NCBI RefSeq assembly: GCF_902713615.1 | Contig: NW_024055497.1 | Coordinates: 1,903,584 to 1,967,583 of the forward strand | Direction: 5' to 3' | Source: Scyliorhinus canicula | Taxonomy: Eukaryota | Length of the DNA: 64,000 nt | Shown: positions 48,190 to 62,309 of the stretch, piece after piece | Layout: each line of letters begins with the position of its first letter | Position numbering within the stretch: position 1 is the stretch's first letter | Translations under genes and position numbers: made by a program | Notes under the pieces: model-generated | The model's input: the letters and a program-made list of their open reading frames with translations, nothing else | Told to the model about the DNA's origin: nothing | The model's database searches: none

Positions 48190-48525
48190 TTGGTATATTA
48201 AGGAGCAGGTAGAACTATCTTGATTTGGCCTGTTGTTCCCTCAAGATATTCCATCTGTTTTTGGCGAATGTGTCTGGAGTCTGAGTTCTTCCAATCTGTC
48301 TCCAATTCCCCTTCCTGTCTCGGGTATATGGATCCAGGTAGCTTGGTGTTGTGATTCATGTTGTTTAGTTGTCTGTCTGTCTCCAGCAGGTATTGTTGTC
48401 TCTCGATAATGACTGTGCTGCTACCATTGTCTTCTGGTCTTATGAACATATCCGTGTTGGACCCAAGCTCCCAGATTGTCTTTGATCTCTCTGGGTAAGA
48501 TTCTGTTTGTCTCTTGTATTTCACT
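48190..48525 (-). mobile_element. Penelope-like element RT fragment
   Basis: MFIRPEDNGSSTVIIERQQYLLETDRQL resembles the PLE IKPADKG..VI.DR..Y..EA.RQL motif. Confidence 0.65.
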
Positions 48526-49329
48526 GTGACAGGGCAGAGACCTGATTGAAGGGATTCAAACATGGGAGTTCTGGGAAAGATGGAGCAGGAGCTGGGTCTC
48601 ATGGACAAGATGAGCCCTAAGAGGGCATGAGGGGAGATGGGAGAGAAACTAGAGAAAGATGGTTCAATTCCCGGTTGGGTCACTGTCTGTGTGGAGTCTG
48701 CACGTCCTCCCCGTGTGTGCGTGGGTTTCCTCCGGGTGCTCCGGTTTCCTCCCACAGTCCAAAGATGTGCGGGTTAGGTGGATTGGCCATGCTAAATTGC
48801 CCGTAGTGTCCTAAAAAGTAATGTTAAGGGGGGGTTGTTGGGTTACGGGTATAGGGTGGATACGTGGGTTTGAGTAGGGTGATCATTGCTCGGCACAACA
48901 TCGAGGGCCGAAGGGCCTGTTCTGTGCTGTACTGTTCTATGTTCTATGTGGGTTCACGGCTCGGGAAAGGATGAAATTTCGAGACAGTTTGGTCCGGTGG
49001 GCCCGTGGAAGGGAGGGAAGCAGCAGAGGCAGCTGATCGGATTGACTCAATCTCAGTCACAAAGAAGCTCCACAAGCTCCTCACACTTCTTGTTGGAGGT
49101 GAGGATGGAAGAGACAGGGGAGAGCGAGAGTACTTCAAAAGGAACTAACTTGTGTCAGAGAGATTCAAAAGTTTCAACACACTGTGGATGTCGCACAATC
49201 TAATTTATTTGACTTTTATCCAGAATATTAGCCCCTGTAAATGGGCTGGAATTGTTATCAGCAGAAAGAGACCCAAATGAACATGGTTCAGTCCTGAATG
49301 TGAGTAACAGCAAAACCCAATCACTGTCA

Positions 49330-50283
49330 TTACTTGTGGCCTCGTTGGTGTCTCCGCAGGGAGGATGACTGAGTGAATCCCTTCCCACACTTGGAGCAGG
49401 TGAATGGCCTCTCTCCGGTGTGAACTCGCTGGTGTGTCTGCAGGGCAGATAACTGAGTGAATCCCTTCCCACACTTGGCGCAGGTGAATGGCCTCTCCCC
49501 AGTGTGAATTCGCTGGTGCTTCTGTAGGACGGATGAAGTGCTGAATCCCTTTCCACACTTGGAGCAGATGAATGGCCTCTCCCCAGTGTGAATTTGCTGG
49601 TGCGTCTGCAGGTCGGATGATTGAGTGAATCCCTTCCCACACTTGGAGCAAATGAACGGTCTCGTCCCAGTGTGAATTCGCTTATATACAGTGAGGTGAG
49701 ATGAGTGTCTGAACCCAGTCCCGCAGTGAGAGCACCTGAATGGTCTCTCGTCTGTGTGAATACGTTGGTGGAGCATCTGTTCCCCAGAACTTTTAAAGCA
49801 CTTCCCGCAATCTGGACATTGGAACGGTCTCTCTCCAGTGTGAATTCGCTGGTGTCTCAACAGGTGGGCTGAAATAGTAAATCCCTTCCCATACTTGGAG
49901 CAGGTGAATGGTCTCTCCCCAGTGTGAACTCGCTGGTGTGTGGACAGAGTGGATGACCGAGTGAATCCCTTCCCACACTTGGAGCAGGTGAATGGTCTCT
50001 CCCCAGTGTGAATTCGCTGGTGTGTGGACAGAGTGGATAACCGAGTGAATCCCTTCCCACACTTGGAGCAGATGAATGGTCTCTCCCCAGTGTGACTGCG
50101 TCGATGAATTTCCAGCTTGGATGGGGAAGTGAATCCTTTCCCACAGTCCGCACATTTCCACGGTTTCTCCTCAGTGTGACTGCATTTGTGGCTTGTGAGG
50201 CCTGGTGATTTACTGAAGCCTCGTCCACACACACAACACGTGTACGGTTTCTCCCCACTGTGAACGATGCTTTTTCCTTCCAT
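49330..50283 (-). CDS. C2H2 zinc-finger protein E, 11 fingers (two with ligand substitutions)
   Basis: 317 aa from MEGKSIVH; acceptor at 50391-50392; frame also open from the acceptor to the ATG. Confidence 0.9.
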   Translation of the reverse strand: MEGKSIVHSGEKPYTCCVCGRGFSKSPGLTSHKCSHTEEKPWKCADCGKGFTSPSKLEIHRRSHTGERPFICSKCGKGFTRLSTLSTHQRIHTGERPFTCSKCGKGFTRSSTLSTHQRVHTGERPFTCSKYGKGFTISAHLLRHQRIHTGERPFQCPDCGKCFKSSGEQMLHQRIHTDERPFRCSHCGTGFRHSSHLTVYKRIHTGTRPFICSKCGKGFTQSSDLQTHQQIHTGERPFICSKCGKGFSTSSVLQKHQRIHTGERPFTCAKCGKGFTQLSALQTHQRVHTGERPFTCSKCGKGFTQSSSLRRHQRGHK

Positions 50284-50589
50284 GTTCAAAATCCGATGAT
50301 ATTCAGGATATGATAAATTGAGGACTCTGTCAGATTCTGATGTGATGCTTGGTTCGAGTTTCCAGACTTTGAAGCCTCCCTTCGAACATCCTGTGAAACT
50401 GATTGAAAACAGAAAATAGGGAGTGAGAGAACTCACAAAAACACAAAGGCAGGTTGTGAAATTGAGCTGAATGAATCTGGTCATTTGTGGGGCCGGCACT
50501 GGGAAAAAGTGACCATGAAAACTGCTGGATTGTTGTAGAAAAACCCAACTGGCCTCTTTGGGAGGAGAGAGAAAGAGGCGAAGAGGGAT

Positions 50590-52235
50590 TTTGTATATCT
50601 ACAAGATATATTAAGAGAGTAGTTGGCAAAGCAAATTTGATCTTGAGCTTCATAAACAGTAATATTGATACCAAAACTATGCTTCTGGTGGCACAGTAAT
50701 TAGCACTGCTGCCTCACAGCTCCAGGGACCCGGGTTCAATTCTGGCTTTGGTGACTGTCTGTGTGGAGTTTGCACTTTCTCAACATGTCTGCGTCCAAAG
50801 AAGGGCAAGTTCAGTGGATTGGCCTTGATAAATTGCCCCTTAGTGCCCAGGGATGTGCAGGTTGGAGGGGCTATGGGGTTACAGGGAAAGGGTAGAGTGT
50901 GGGCCTGGGCACGGTGCCCTTTCGGAGAAGCAGTGCAGACTCGATGGGCCGAATGGCCTCCTGTACTGTAGGAATTCTATGGTTCTAATTCTATTCTATT
51001 AATCTTTATGAAGCTCTGGTCACCACTCTTCAGGAAGAATGTGAAGGTTCTTGGAGACGGTGCAGAGGAGATTTACCAGAATGGTTCCAGCAAAGAAGGT
51101 TGAGGGGAGATTTGGTCTAATGCAGGTAGGGAATATACAGTGAATAGAAGAACCCTGAAGAATATTGAAAGTCAGAGGGATCTAGGTGTACAGGTCCATA
51201 GGTCACTGAAAGGGGCAACACAGGTGGAGAAGGTAGTCAAGAAGGCATACGGCATGCTTGACCTCATTGGCCGAGGTATTGAGTATAAGAAACGAAAGGG
51301 AAAATGCTGGAAAATCTCAGCAAGTCTGGCAGCATCTGTAGGGAGAGAAAAGAGCTAATGTTTCGAGTCTGATGACTCTTTGTCAAAGTTGAGTATAAGA
51401 ATTGGCAAGTCATGTTGCAGCTCTATAGAACCTTAGTTAGGCCACACTTGGAGTATAGTGTTCAATTCTGGTCGCCACAATACTAGAAGGATGTGGAGGC
51501 TTTAGAGAGGGTGCAAAAGAGATTGACCAGGATGTTGCCTGGTATGGAGGGCATTAGCTATGAGGAGGGGTTGAATAAACTTGGTTTGTTCTCACTGGAA
51601 CGTAGGAGGTTGAGGGGCGACTTGATAAGAGGTCTGCAAAATTATATGGGGGGATAGACAGAGTGGATAGTCAGAGACTTTTTCCCAGGGTAGAGGGGTC
51701 AATTACTAGGGGGCATACGTTTAAGGTGCAAGGGGCAAGGCATACCTCTTCATTCACCCGAGGAAGGAGCAGTGCTCCGAAAGCTAGCGTTTGAAACAAA
51801 CATGTTGGACTTTAACCTGATATTTTAAGACTTCTTACTAAGGGGCAAGGTTTACAGGAGATGTACGAGGCAAGTTTTTTATACAGAGGGTAGTGGGTGC
51901 CTGGAACTCGCTACCAGAGGAGGTGGTGGAAGCAGGGACGATAGTGACATTTATGGGGCACCTTGACAAATACATGAATAGGATGGGAATAGAGGGATAC
52001 AGATCCAGGAAGTGTAGAAGATTTTAGTTTAGTCGGGCAGCATGATGGGCACGGGCTTGGAGGGCCTTGGGCCTGTTCCTGTGCTGTACTTTTCTTCACC
52101 TGAGGAAGGAGCAGTGCTCCGAAAGCTCGTGTTTGAAACAAACCTGTTGGACTTTAACCTGGTGTCAGACTTCTTCCTGTGCTCACCCCAGTCCAACGCC
52201 GGCACCTCCACATCATGTACTTTTCTATGTTCTTT
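50590..52235 (+). mobile_element. CR1 LINE pieces with a nested V-SINE and three short TSD-flanked inserts
   Basis: QRDLGVQVHRSLK..KKAYGML and CR1 3' UTR; inserts at 51292-51388, 51741-51839, ~52095-52215. Confidence 0.85.
52095..52138 (+). ncRNA. Minimal type I hammerhead ribozyme motif (Penelope-type)
   Basis: CAC-CTGAGGA-A-GGAGC-AGT-GCTCC-GAAA-GCTC-GTG: CUGANGA and GAAA core, 5-bp stem II, palindromic AGCU stem III, UC cleavage site, CAC/GTG stem I. Confidence 0.7.
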
Positions 52236-52384
52236 TACTTTTATACAGACAGATTTATTCTGTTAAAGACACAATATAAACACAAATGATTGTCATTGAC
52301 CTGATATCATTGTTCAGCGCCATCGATAATAAATTGGAGTTGAAAGAGTTTAATGAACAATTCGTTCGCTCTGTTACTGGGTAA

Positions 52385-52930
52385 TTTCAAAAATATTGCC
52401 CCTAACAAAGATGGCGGGTGCGCATGCGCGGTCGCCGCCAGTACCTTCAATAAAGATGGCGAAAGCGCATGCGTCCTGCTCCCAATACCCCCGACAAAAA
52501 TGGCGGACATTAACCCGGGTTTGTAATTGAGGAAAGCTGCGGCCCTGCTCTGTGCAAAGGGCGGGGGCCCATCCCGGATATCGGTAGGTTATTTTTCATG
52601 GGTTTGCGTTTCATATAACATGTTTACACAGCTTCTCCAGACCCCCGCCTGATCCATAGCTCCCCCGGTTCCACCATACCCATCTCTGCGGATTATCGAA
52701 CCAAAATGAACCGTCTCTGCACCGCCATTAATCACACTGCGCATGCCTCGCAAGACCGAGCCCTCGCTCACTGGGATTGGTTGGAGGACCAGTCACTCCC
52801 GCTTGGTCCTCCAGACCCGCCTCCTCTTTCCCTATTGGTCTGGAGATGCCGTCAATCATTCCCTTGTGAGATTCCAGGTGAGAGGTCAGTGACAATGTCA
52901 CTGCATTACACACCCAGTGAGACAGGAAAA
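52385..52930. promoter_or_regulatory. Bidirectional CpG promoter between ZNF-E (-) and ZNF-F (+)
   Basis: Three AA(G/A)ATGGCG YY1 sites, NRF1 palindrome TGCGCATGCGC, two inverted CCAAT boxes, ATTGG-N10-CCGTCAATCA, donor CAG|GTGAGA at 52878. Confidence 0.8.
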
Positions 52931-53365
52931 TGTTCTGGGGACATGGGCTCCAATCCATTCAATTAATAAAATCTGGAATTTAAAGTTAACCTCAATGATG
53001 GTGACTGAGGCTCCACTGAGAAAATCTCCACACAGTCAGTTTCTGGACACAAGGTTAACGTCTGTTACTGTGTCTGCTCAGTCTGGGTGATTCAGATTCA
53101 TGTCTGTGACAAATTATGAGTGAATTTATCTCCAGATCGTTAAAAGGATCTGGAAACAATTTGCCAAAACATTTTTGGATTTCAGCCCATTGAAGAGGGA
53201 GAGTGTGTGGGACGGGGATTCACAGTTGGATTGGATTGGATTTGTTTCTTGTCACGTGTACCGAGTAACAGTGAAAAGTATTTTTCTGCAAGCAGCTCAA
53301 CAGATCATTCAGTTCTGGGGGAATGAGAGGGAAAAAATGTTCCAGAGAAACTAGAATTGTCTGTT

Positions 53366-53711
53366 CATAGAACATAGAACAGTACAGCACAGAACAGGCC
53401 CTTCGGCCCTCGATGTTGTGCCGAGCAATGATCACCCTACTCAAACCCACGTATCCACCCTATACCCGTAACCCAACAACCCCCCCCCCCCCCTTAACCT
53501 TACTTTTATTAGGACACTACGGGCAATTTAGCATGGCCAATCCACCTAACCCGCACATCTTTGGACTGTGGGAGGAAACCGGAGCACCCGGAGGAAACCC
53601 ACGCACACGGGGAGGACATGCAGACTCCGCACAGTGACCCAGCCGGGAATCGAACCTGGGACCCTGGAGCTGTGAAGCATTTATGCTAACCACCATGCTA
53701 CCCTGCTGCCC
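53366..53711 (-). mobile_element. HE1-like V-SINE, young subfamily
   Basis: Near-identical to 945-1266 and 63472-63814; splits the conserved ZNF pre-acceptor block. Confidence 0.9.
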
Positions 53712-53768
53712 CATTCAAAATTTCTATCCTGGACTGATACTGGGTACTCTTGTAAACTCCCTTTACAG

Positions 53769-54963
<1,195 letters not shown>

Positions 54964-55379
54964 ATATCCGGTTTGATTCTGCTGATATTAACAATCCCTG
55001 GAGTTTAATATTCTGGAGATGTCACTGATTTTCGGGGCTGCTGTGTCCCTTTTTAAAAGCACTACCTGTGATCTCTCTCCCTAATTCAAGAACTGACAAC
55101 AGGAATTTGTTTACAATAGTTATTAACTCTGACTTAAATGCTGAACTGAATTTAGGTCCAAAGTCTGCAATTCAGTGTCTGAAAGGTTCCACTGATTAAT
55201 ATCTCCAATGAGAAAGTGTTGATTAATCCTTGCTGACAATTCTCACTGACCTGTACGTTGTTCACAGTGAGATCTCCATTATGAACTTACATTGTGAAGG
55301 AACATGAAATGAAATGCCTATTTTGCAGGAACATCAGTAAAAGCTGAAAAGAAAGCCTACCCCATGCACAAGATAAACC

Positions 55380-56110
55380 CAACAGCTGGAACACTGCATC
55401 ACTCGAACGTCACCAAGTTGTGTAAAATACAGGGAGATGGTATGTAAATAAACACTGAATCAGCCGACATCGGGAAATCCAAACTGCCTGTGACAGTGAA
55501 TATGTGCTTGCTGTGCATGAGGGATCAAGAGGCTGCTTGGTCTGACCATCAACAAAGGTATTGACAAATGGTGAGCTTCTCACCGACAGAAGTAACCAGA
55601 TGTCCCGCTGGGTTGAACACGTCTGCGAGCTGTACTCCTGTGAGACGGACATCTCCCAGTCTCTGTTTGAGTCTCCTGCAGCTTCCTGTCATGGTTGAGT
55701 TAGACAAGGAATCCTCGCCATGAGTTTGAAAAAGCCATTGATCGCTGAGCAAGCAGAGACACCTGGCAAGGATGGAATTCCAGCTGAACTGTGCAAACAT
55801 GGAAAGTCCCATCGACTGTCACACTTTCATGATGTCTTGCTCTTTTGGGATGCAAGACTGGTTCACAAAACATGTGTGATGCAATAACCATAATAATCTG
55901 CAAAAGCAAAGGTGACAAAGAAGACCACAACTACTACAGGAACATCTCACTCCTTAAAGTCACTGTGAAGGCCTTCACTCGGGTCATGGTTACAAAATCT
56001 TCACTGTCCTGCAGACTGAGTTTATCCAGAAGCACAGTGCGGTTTCTGCACTGACAGATCTACAGTGAACATGATCTTCTCCACACACCAGCTGCAAGAG
56101 AAGTGAACAA
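55380..56110 (+). mobile_element. RTE-clade LINE RT fragment
   Basis: DAITIIICKSKGDKEDHNYYRNISLLKVTVKAF resembles RTE DA.I..IYKKGD...C.NYRGISLL...GK. Confidence 0.7.
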
Positions 56111-57947
56111 TTGAAATTTAATCTAAAATGCTGCCAGTTCCTGTGCTGGGAAAAGTGAAATGTTTTAATTACTGAGTGAAAGTAAACCTTTCAGTGTGAA
56201 TCACAATTTACTGGGACAATTGGAAAAGGCACCAAAATGTTTGAATCTCTGAAGATAAACGTCAGCCTTGAAATTATGTTTCGGAGCTCACAAGCTGTGG
56301 GAAGCTCCACTCTCTTTTGCATTTTTCGGTCTAAGAAGGTTGAAGTTCACCTTGAAGGCTAATTTTTATTTCCCTTCAGTTTATTCCAGTCACCTGGAAA
56401 GGTGCCTGAAGCAGAATAAAAAGAAAAACAATTGGGCAAAACCAAAAAAACAAAAACCCAAAAGAACTGGCGCTAAAAGTTGGAAATGGTTCATCTTTGA
56501 TCTGAAAAGTCATTTAAAGTTGACACAGTTGACAATGTTTGCTTGTCCCGTTTGGAAACAGAAGTTAACCCTTTCCACTGACGGCATGGGGAGAACTTGA
56601 ACTAAAGACTTTGTCTTCTAAAGATTTGACTTCATCCCATTTGTTACCTTTCAAGACAAAGTGTTTGAGAACAGGAGATATGGGAGTTTATCTCCAAACT
56701 GATCGCAAATACTTCTGTTTCTGATGAAAAAACACCAGATTATGTGAATATTGTATTGGAAAGGAAAGTTTCTCCGGGGCTCAGAATGGTAATTAATGTA
56801 ATGTTTCACTGAGAATAAAGGAGAAAAATCACAGCTGGGAATGGGAATGACTCAGCCTGAGTACAGGTGATGGAATCTGTCAATCTCTATGGGGAGATGG
56901 TGGTGTTGTGGTAATGTCACTGGGTTAGTAATGCACAGTAATGTGGCTGATTCCTAACTGCCTCAGAAATGGGCCAAGCAACGGTCACATTCCCTGAAAG
57001 AATGAATTTAAAAACATAATAATCTTTATTGTCACAAGTAGGCTTACATTAACACTGCAATGGTTACTGTGAGAAGCCCTTAGTTGCCACATTTCGGCAC
57101 CTGTTCGGGTACACAGAGAGATAATTCAGAATGAACAATTCACCTGTCAAGCACGTCTTTTGGGACTTGTGGGAGGAAACCGGAGCACCCGGAGGAAACC
57201 CACGCAGACATGGGGAGAACGTGCAGACTCCACACAGACAGTGACCCAAGCCGGAAATCGAATCTGGGACTCTGGCGCTGTGCTACCCATGCTGCCCAAT
57301 CTAGATTCAGAAGAGCTGGAGAATTTTTTAAAGTCCGTGCCTGAACTTTTGTTCAATTGATATTTACAACACATTTTATGTTGTATTTGTGGCATGTCAA
57401 TAATTTGGAATTGTGAGAGATGATCTGCAGGCGGGGAGGATGAATCTGAGTCGATGGTTATCACATTTTACTGGAAATGTTTGACTTTTATTTGTGATGA
57501 CAGCTCAAGGGTTTGTGTTGCTGATTGTGATCATTCTGCTGGTTTTAGTTTGTTATCAACAGTTTATAATCAAGAAATGAGGAAAACAAGCTCACAGCTT
57601 AGAAATAGCTGGGTTAGTCAGAAATCAGTTGTGAGAAGTTAGTAAGGATATTCCCTTCTCCAGGTTTGGAGATCTGTAAGACGTCCTTGTCCAAGAACCT
57701 TATAAAATCTTAAATGTATTGCCTCTGTTCGGAATAGCTCCCTCCCTCTCTCTCTTGTGAAGAAAGCTTCCTGGATTGACAAACACAGGACAGTGTTGGC
57801 CTGTTTTCCCTGCCAAGGACTTGTCTCGAGCACAGAGCCTGAAACAATATAAATGTGAGAGTGTGGGGAGGATCTGAGGACCCATATGTAAACCTGCAGC
57901 TGAGTAAAGGATAAACACAGATCCTAGCAAGCAATGAGCCACAAAAT

Positions 57948-59110
57948 GACCATAAGATATAGGAGCAGAATTATGTCATTCAGCCCATCAAGTCTGCTCT
58001 GCCATTCAGTAATGGCTTACATTTTTCTCATCCCCATTCTCCTGCCTCCTCCCCATAATCCCTGATCCCCTTATTAACAAGAACCTGTCTATCTCTGTCT
58101 TAAAGACACTCAGTGATTTAGCCTCCACAGCCTTCTGTACCACATAATAAAATCTTTATTAGTGGTACAAGTAGGCTTACATTAACACTGCAGTAAAGTT
58201 ACTGTGAAAATCCCCTAGTCGCCACACTCCGGCGCCTGTTCGGGTCCACTGAGGGAGAATTAAGAATGTCCAATTCACCTAACAAGCAGGTCTTTCAGGA
58301 TTTGTGAAAGGAAATCGGAGCACCCGGAAGAAACCCACGCAGACACAGGGAGAACGAGTAGACTCCACACAATCAGTGACCCAAGCCGGGAATCAATCCC
58401 GGGTCCCTAGCGCTGTGAAACAACAGTGCTAACTATTGTGCTACCATGAGAGGGTGAGAAAGAGAGAGAGTGAGTGAGAATATTCACCACCCTCTGGCTG
58501 AAGAAATTCCCCTAATCTCAGTTTGAAAGGTTTGTCCCTTCAATCGGATGGCTGTGCCCTCGGGTTCTAGTTTCTCCTACTAGTGGAAACATCCTCTCCA
58601 TGTCCAATCTATCCAGGCCTCTCAGTATTCTGTAAGTTTCAATGAGAATGGCATGGTGGCAGAGGGGTTAGCACTGCTGCCTCAAAGCGCCACAGGTTCA
58701 ATTCCAGTTTTGGGTTGCTGTCTGTGACGTTTGCACTTTGTCCTTGTGTCTGCGTGGGTTTCCTCCGGGTGATCCAGTGTCCTCCCATAGTCCAAAGATG
58801 TGTAGGTTAGGTGGATTGGCCATGCTAAATTGTCCCTTAATAATAATAATAATAATAATAATCGCTTATTGTCACAAGTAGACTTCAATGAAGTTACTGT
58901 GAAATGTTAGGTGAAGTAGGGTTCGGGGGATGGGATGGAGGCATGGGCCGAGATAAGGTGCTCTTTCAGAAGGTCCATGAAGACTCAATGGGCTGAATGG
59001 CCTCCTTCTGCACTATTAGAATTCTATCCCCCATCATCCTTCTGAACTCCATCGAGCACGGACCCAGAGACCTCAACCGCTCCTCATATAAAAGGTTCTT
59101 CATTCCATGA
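57948..59110 (-). mobile_element. CR1 3' region with nested SINEs
   Basis: CATAAGATATAGGAGCAGAA tail; TTCACCACCCTCTGGCTGAAGAAATT landmark. Confidence 0.75.
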
Positions 59111-59337
59111 CTTCATGGTTTCTGATGGCAATAGGAAGGATTACCTTGAATATCTGTTCCTTTCTAATAAATAGTTAAATAAATCCTGGTTCTGGGTCAC
59201 TGTCCATGTGGAGTTTGCACATTCTCCCCATGTCTGTGTGGGTTTGACCCCCACAACTCAAAGACGTGCAGGATAGGTAGATTGGTCAGGCTAAATAGCC
59301 CCTTAATTGGAAAAAAAATAATTAGGTACTCTAATTT

Positions 59338-59522
59338 TTATCAGTAAATTATCCCGAGGACACTGTCACCTCCAGCCCTGGATATCACCATCCTCCTAAT
59401 CCGGATCAGTAAATTATTCCGATGAGATCGTCACCTCCAGCCCCGGAGATCACCATCCCCCTGATCCGGGATCAGTAATCCATTCCGAGGAGACTGTCAC
59501 TTCCAGCCCCGGAGATCAGCAT
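59338..59522. repeat. ~64-bp tandem repeat, three copies
   Basis: ATCAGTAA..CCGA.GA.A..GTCAC.TCCAGCCC.GGA.ATCA repeated. Confidence 0.8.
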
Positions 59523-59579
59523 TCAAACGAGCAGGAACTAGTATTCTCTCCAGTAACTTCTGAATTCTACCGCTTAACT

Positions 59580-60322
59580 TAAAGACACTTGTCCATTAAT
59601 CCTGCTTGATTTAAAGATACATGTCCATTAATCCTGCTTGACGTAATCTTTGGGGTAGCTTCGGAGCCGGGAGTGCAGGAGGCGAGAGAGGCCGGCATTC
59701 TGGCCTATGCGTCTCTAGTAGCCCGGCGCAGGATTCTGTTATGGTGGAGGGATACGTGGCCCCCCGAGTTCGGAGGCCTGCATCAACGACACGGCTGGGT
59801 TCATCAAGTTGGAGAGGATGACGTTTGCCCTGAGGGGGTCGGTACAGGGGTTCTTTCGGCGGTGGCAGCCCTTTCTCGACTTCCTGGTGAAGGGGTAGAG
59901 AGTGGTCAGTCTCAGCAGCAACTTTGGGGGGGGGGGGGGGGGGGTTTGGGATGGTTAGGGGGTTTGTTTTTACGGCGGTGGGTTTGCTATGTTGTTATTT
60001 TCTTCTTTCTTGTATTGCTGTTGGTTTTTTGTTATTATTTATTTGGGGGGGGTGAGTTCTTTTCTTGTGTTGGTGTGGAAACACGCCTTGTTTGTTTTAA
60101 ATTGTGGGGAGAAAATTTGTTATTGAAAAACTTGAATAAAAATTATTTTTTTTAAAAATCCTGCTTGACGTAAAGATACATGTCCATTAATCCTGCTTGG
60201 CGTAAAGATACATGTCCATTAATCCTGCTTGATTTAACGATACGTGTCCATTAATCCTGCTTGACGTAAAGATATGTGTCCATTAATCCTGCTTGATTTA
60301 AAAATACATGTCCATTAATCAT
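59580..60322. repeat. 32-bp tandem repeat interrupted by an L1/Tx1 3' end (59647-60156, +)
   Basis: Unit GTCCATTAATCCTGCTTGA(TT/CG)TAAAGATACAT; insert encodes ILAYASLVARRRILLWWR and ends AATAAA; ATCCTGCTTGACGTAA on both sides. Confidence 0.85.
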
Positions 60323-60677
60323 CCATGGATCAAAAATAATAACGACAAAATAAGAGATAGTGAAAATAAGGGAATAAACAGGAAGGAGCCTTACAACTGT
60401 TATGGGTCACATGTATTTTCTGCCAATTTAGCTGGTGTACCATATCTAACCTGTTGTTTTTTCATAAACTCTTCAAAATTATCAATGACATGGACCCCCC
60501 TTTTTGGGTAAACTCTGACTCGCGGACTAAAATCTTAAGTTTCCAGCATTCATCATTAATCTTGTCGCCTCTAAATACAGTTGTAAAGGAGCCTTCTGTC
60601 TGTATCTAGCAGCTCTGAACCATGGAAGAGAGCGACTGTGGCGCGTTTCTTACACACCTCAGTATTAACCCACACAT

Positions 60678-61656
60678 TCAGTCCTGGATCTGATTGACAG
60701 CAGCAAAAACAGCCGAATCCAATCCCTGCAGACACTTATCAAGTCGCTGGTGTTTCAGCATAAACTGTAAGTCAGTGAATCCATTCCCACACTCAGGGCA
60801 GATGAACAATCTCTCTCCAGTGTGAACTTGCTGGTGTTTCATTAGACTACTGCTGCTTCTAAAGCTGTGCTCACAGGCAAAACATTGAAGAGGTTTCATA
60901 TCAGAATGAATTTGTTGGTGTTTCAGCAGGTTGTATGACTGAGTGAATCCCTTCCCACACACAGAGCAGGTGAATGGTCTCTCCCCAGTGTGAATCCGCT
61001 GATGCATTACTAGACCGTTGCTGCTTTTAAAGCTCTGCACACAGACAAAACATTTAAAAGGTTTTAGATCAGAGTGAATTTGTTGGTGTTTCAGTAGGTG
61101 ATATGACTGAATGAATCCCTTCCCACACACAGAGCAGGTAAACGGTCTCTCCCCAGTGTGAATTCGCTGATGTACAGTAAGTTCAGATGATCGCCTGAAG
61201 CCAGTCCCGCAGTGAGAGCACCTGAATGGTCTCTCGTCAGTGTGAACACGTTGATGACAGGTCACTTCCCCGGACGTTTTAAAGCACTTCCCACAGTCTG
61301 GACATTTAAAAGGTCTTTTATCAGTGTGAACTCGCTGGTGTTTCTGAAGGTTAGATGCAGCAGTGAATCCCTTTCCACACAAGGAGCGGATGAATGGCTT
61401 CTCCTCACTGTGAATGTGTTGGTGTCTCAAGATACTTTTAGCTTTTAAATCTCTTCCCACATTCAGAGCATTTAAAAGGTGTCTGTTCTGTGTGAACATA
61501 CTGGTGTGTCAGCAGGCTGGATGACTGAGTGAATCCCTTCCCACAGGTGGAGCAGGTGAACGGCCTCTCCCCAGTGTGACTGCGTCGATGCATTTCCAGT
61601 TCAGAAGGGTAACTGAATCCCTTCCAACAGTCCCCACATTTCCACGGTTTCTCCAT
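60678..61656 (-). pseudogene. C2H2 zinc-finger gene G, disrupted in finger 3
   Basis: MEKPWKC.. ORF stops at TAA (61438-61440) with an adjacent frameshift; the downstream frame keeps six intact fingers. Confidence 0.8.
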
Positions 61657-62309
61657 GGTGCCGGTGTCCTTGTGTCTCTCCAGGTTGAATGACAAGTTGA
61701 ACTCTTGTCCAGACACACAACACATGGACGGTTTCGCCCCACAGTCAATGGTGTGATGGTTTTTCTGTCTATGTAACTGGTTAAAGCTCTTTCCACGGTC
61801 AGTTCATGGAACACTTAATGTGTATGTGCGTCTCGGTGCTTTTCCAATCACACTGATGTTTAAAATCTTTTCCCACAAACTGAACAGACAAACGTTACTC
61901 CTTCCACATTCAAAGACTGTGATATTCAGGTTCGAAAGAATTGAGTGACTCTGTCAGATCTCGATATTTGGTTTGAGTTTTCTGACAGCCAATCTTCCGC
62001 TTCGAACCCCCTGTAAAAGTAGTTTATAAAAGCCATCACCATCAGTCCAGGATATAAATTCTGAACAGGCAATTCTAGTTTCTCTGGAACATTTTTCCCT
62101 CTCTTGTTCCCCCAAAGCTGTAAATCCCCGTCCCACACACTCTCCCTCCTCCCTGGGCTGAAATTCAAACCCATCTCACCATCTGCACCATTTCTTCCCT
62201 CCACTCCCAGTTTTCTCCCTCCCTCCCTCTCTGCCTGGGTTCAGTTCTCCAGCTCCTGTTTGCAGACTGACAATAAAACCAATGGGTCTTATTGGGGGGT
62301 TTGGGGCCT

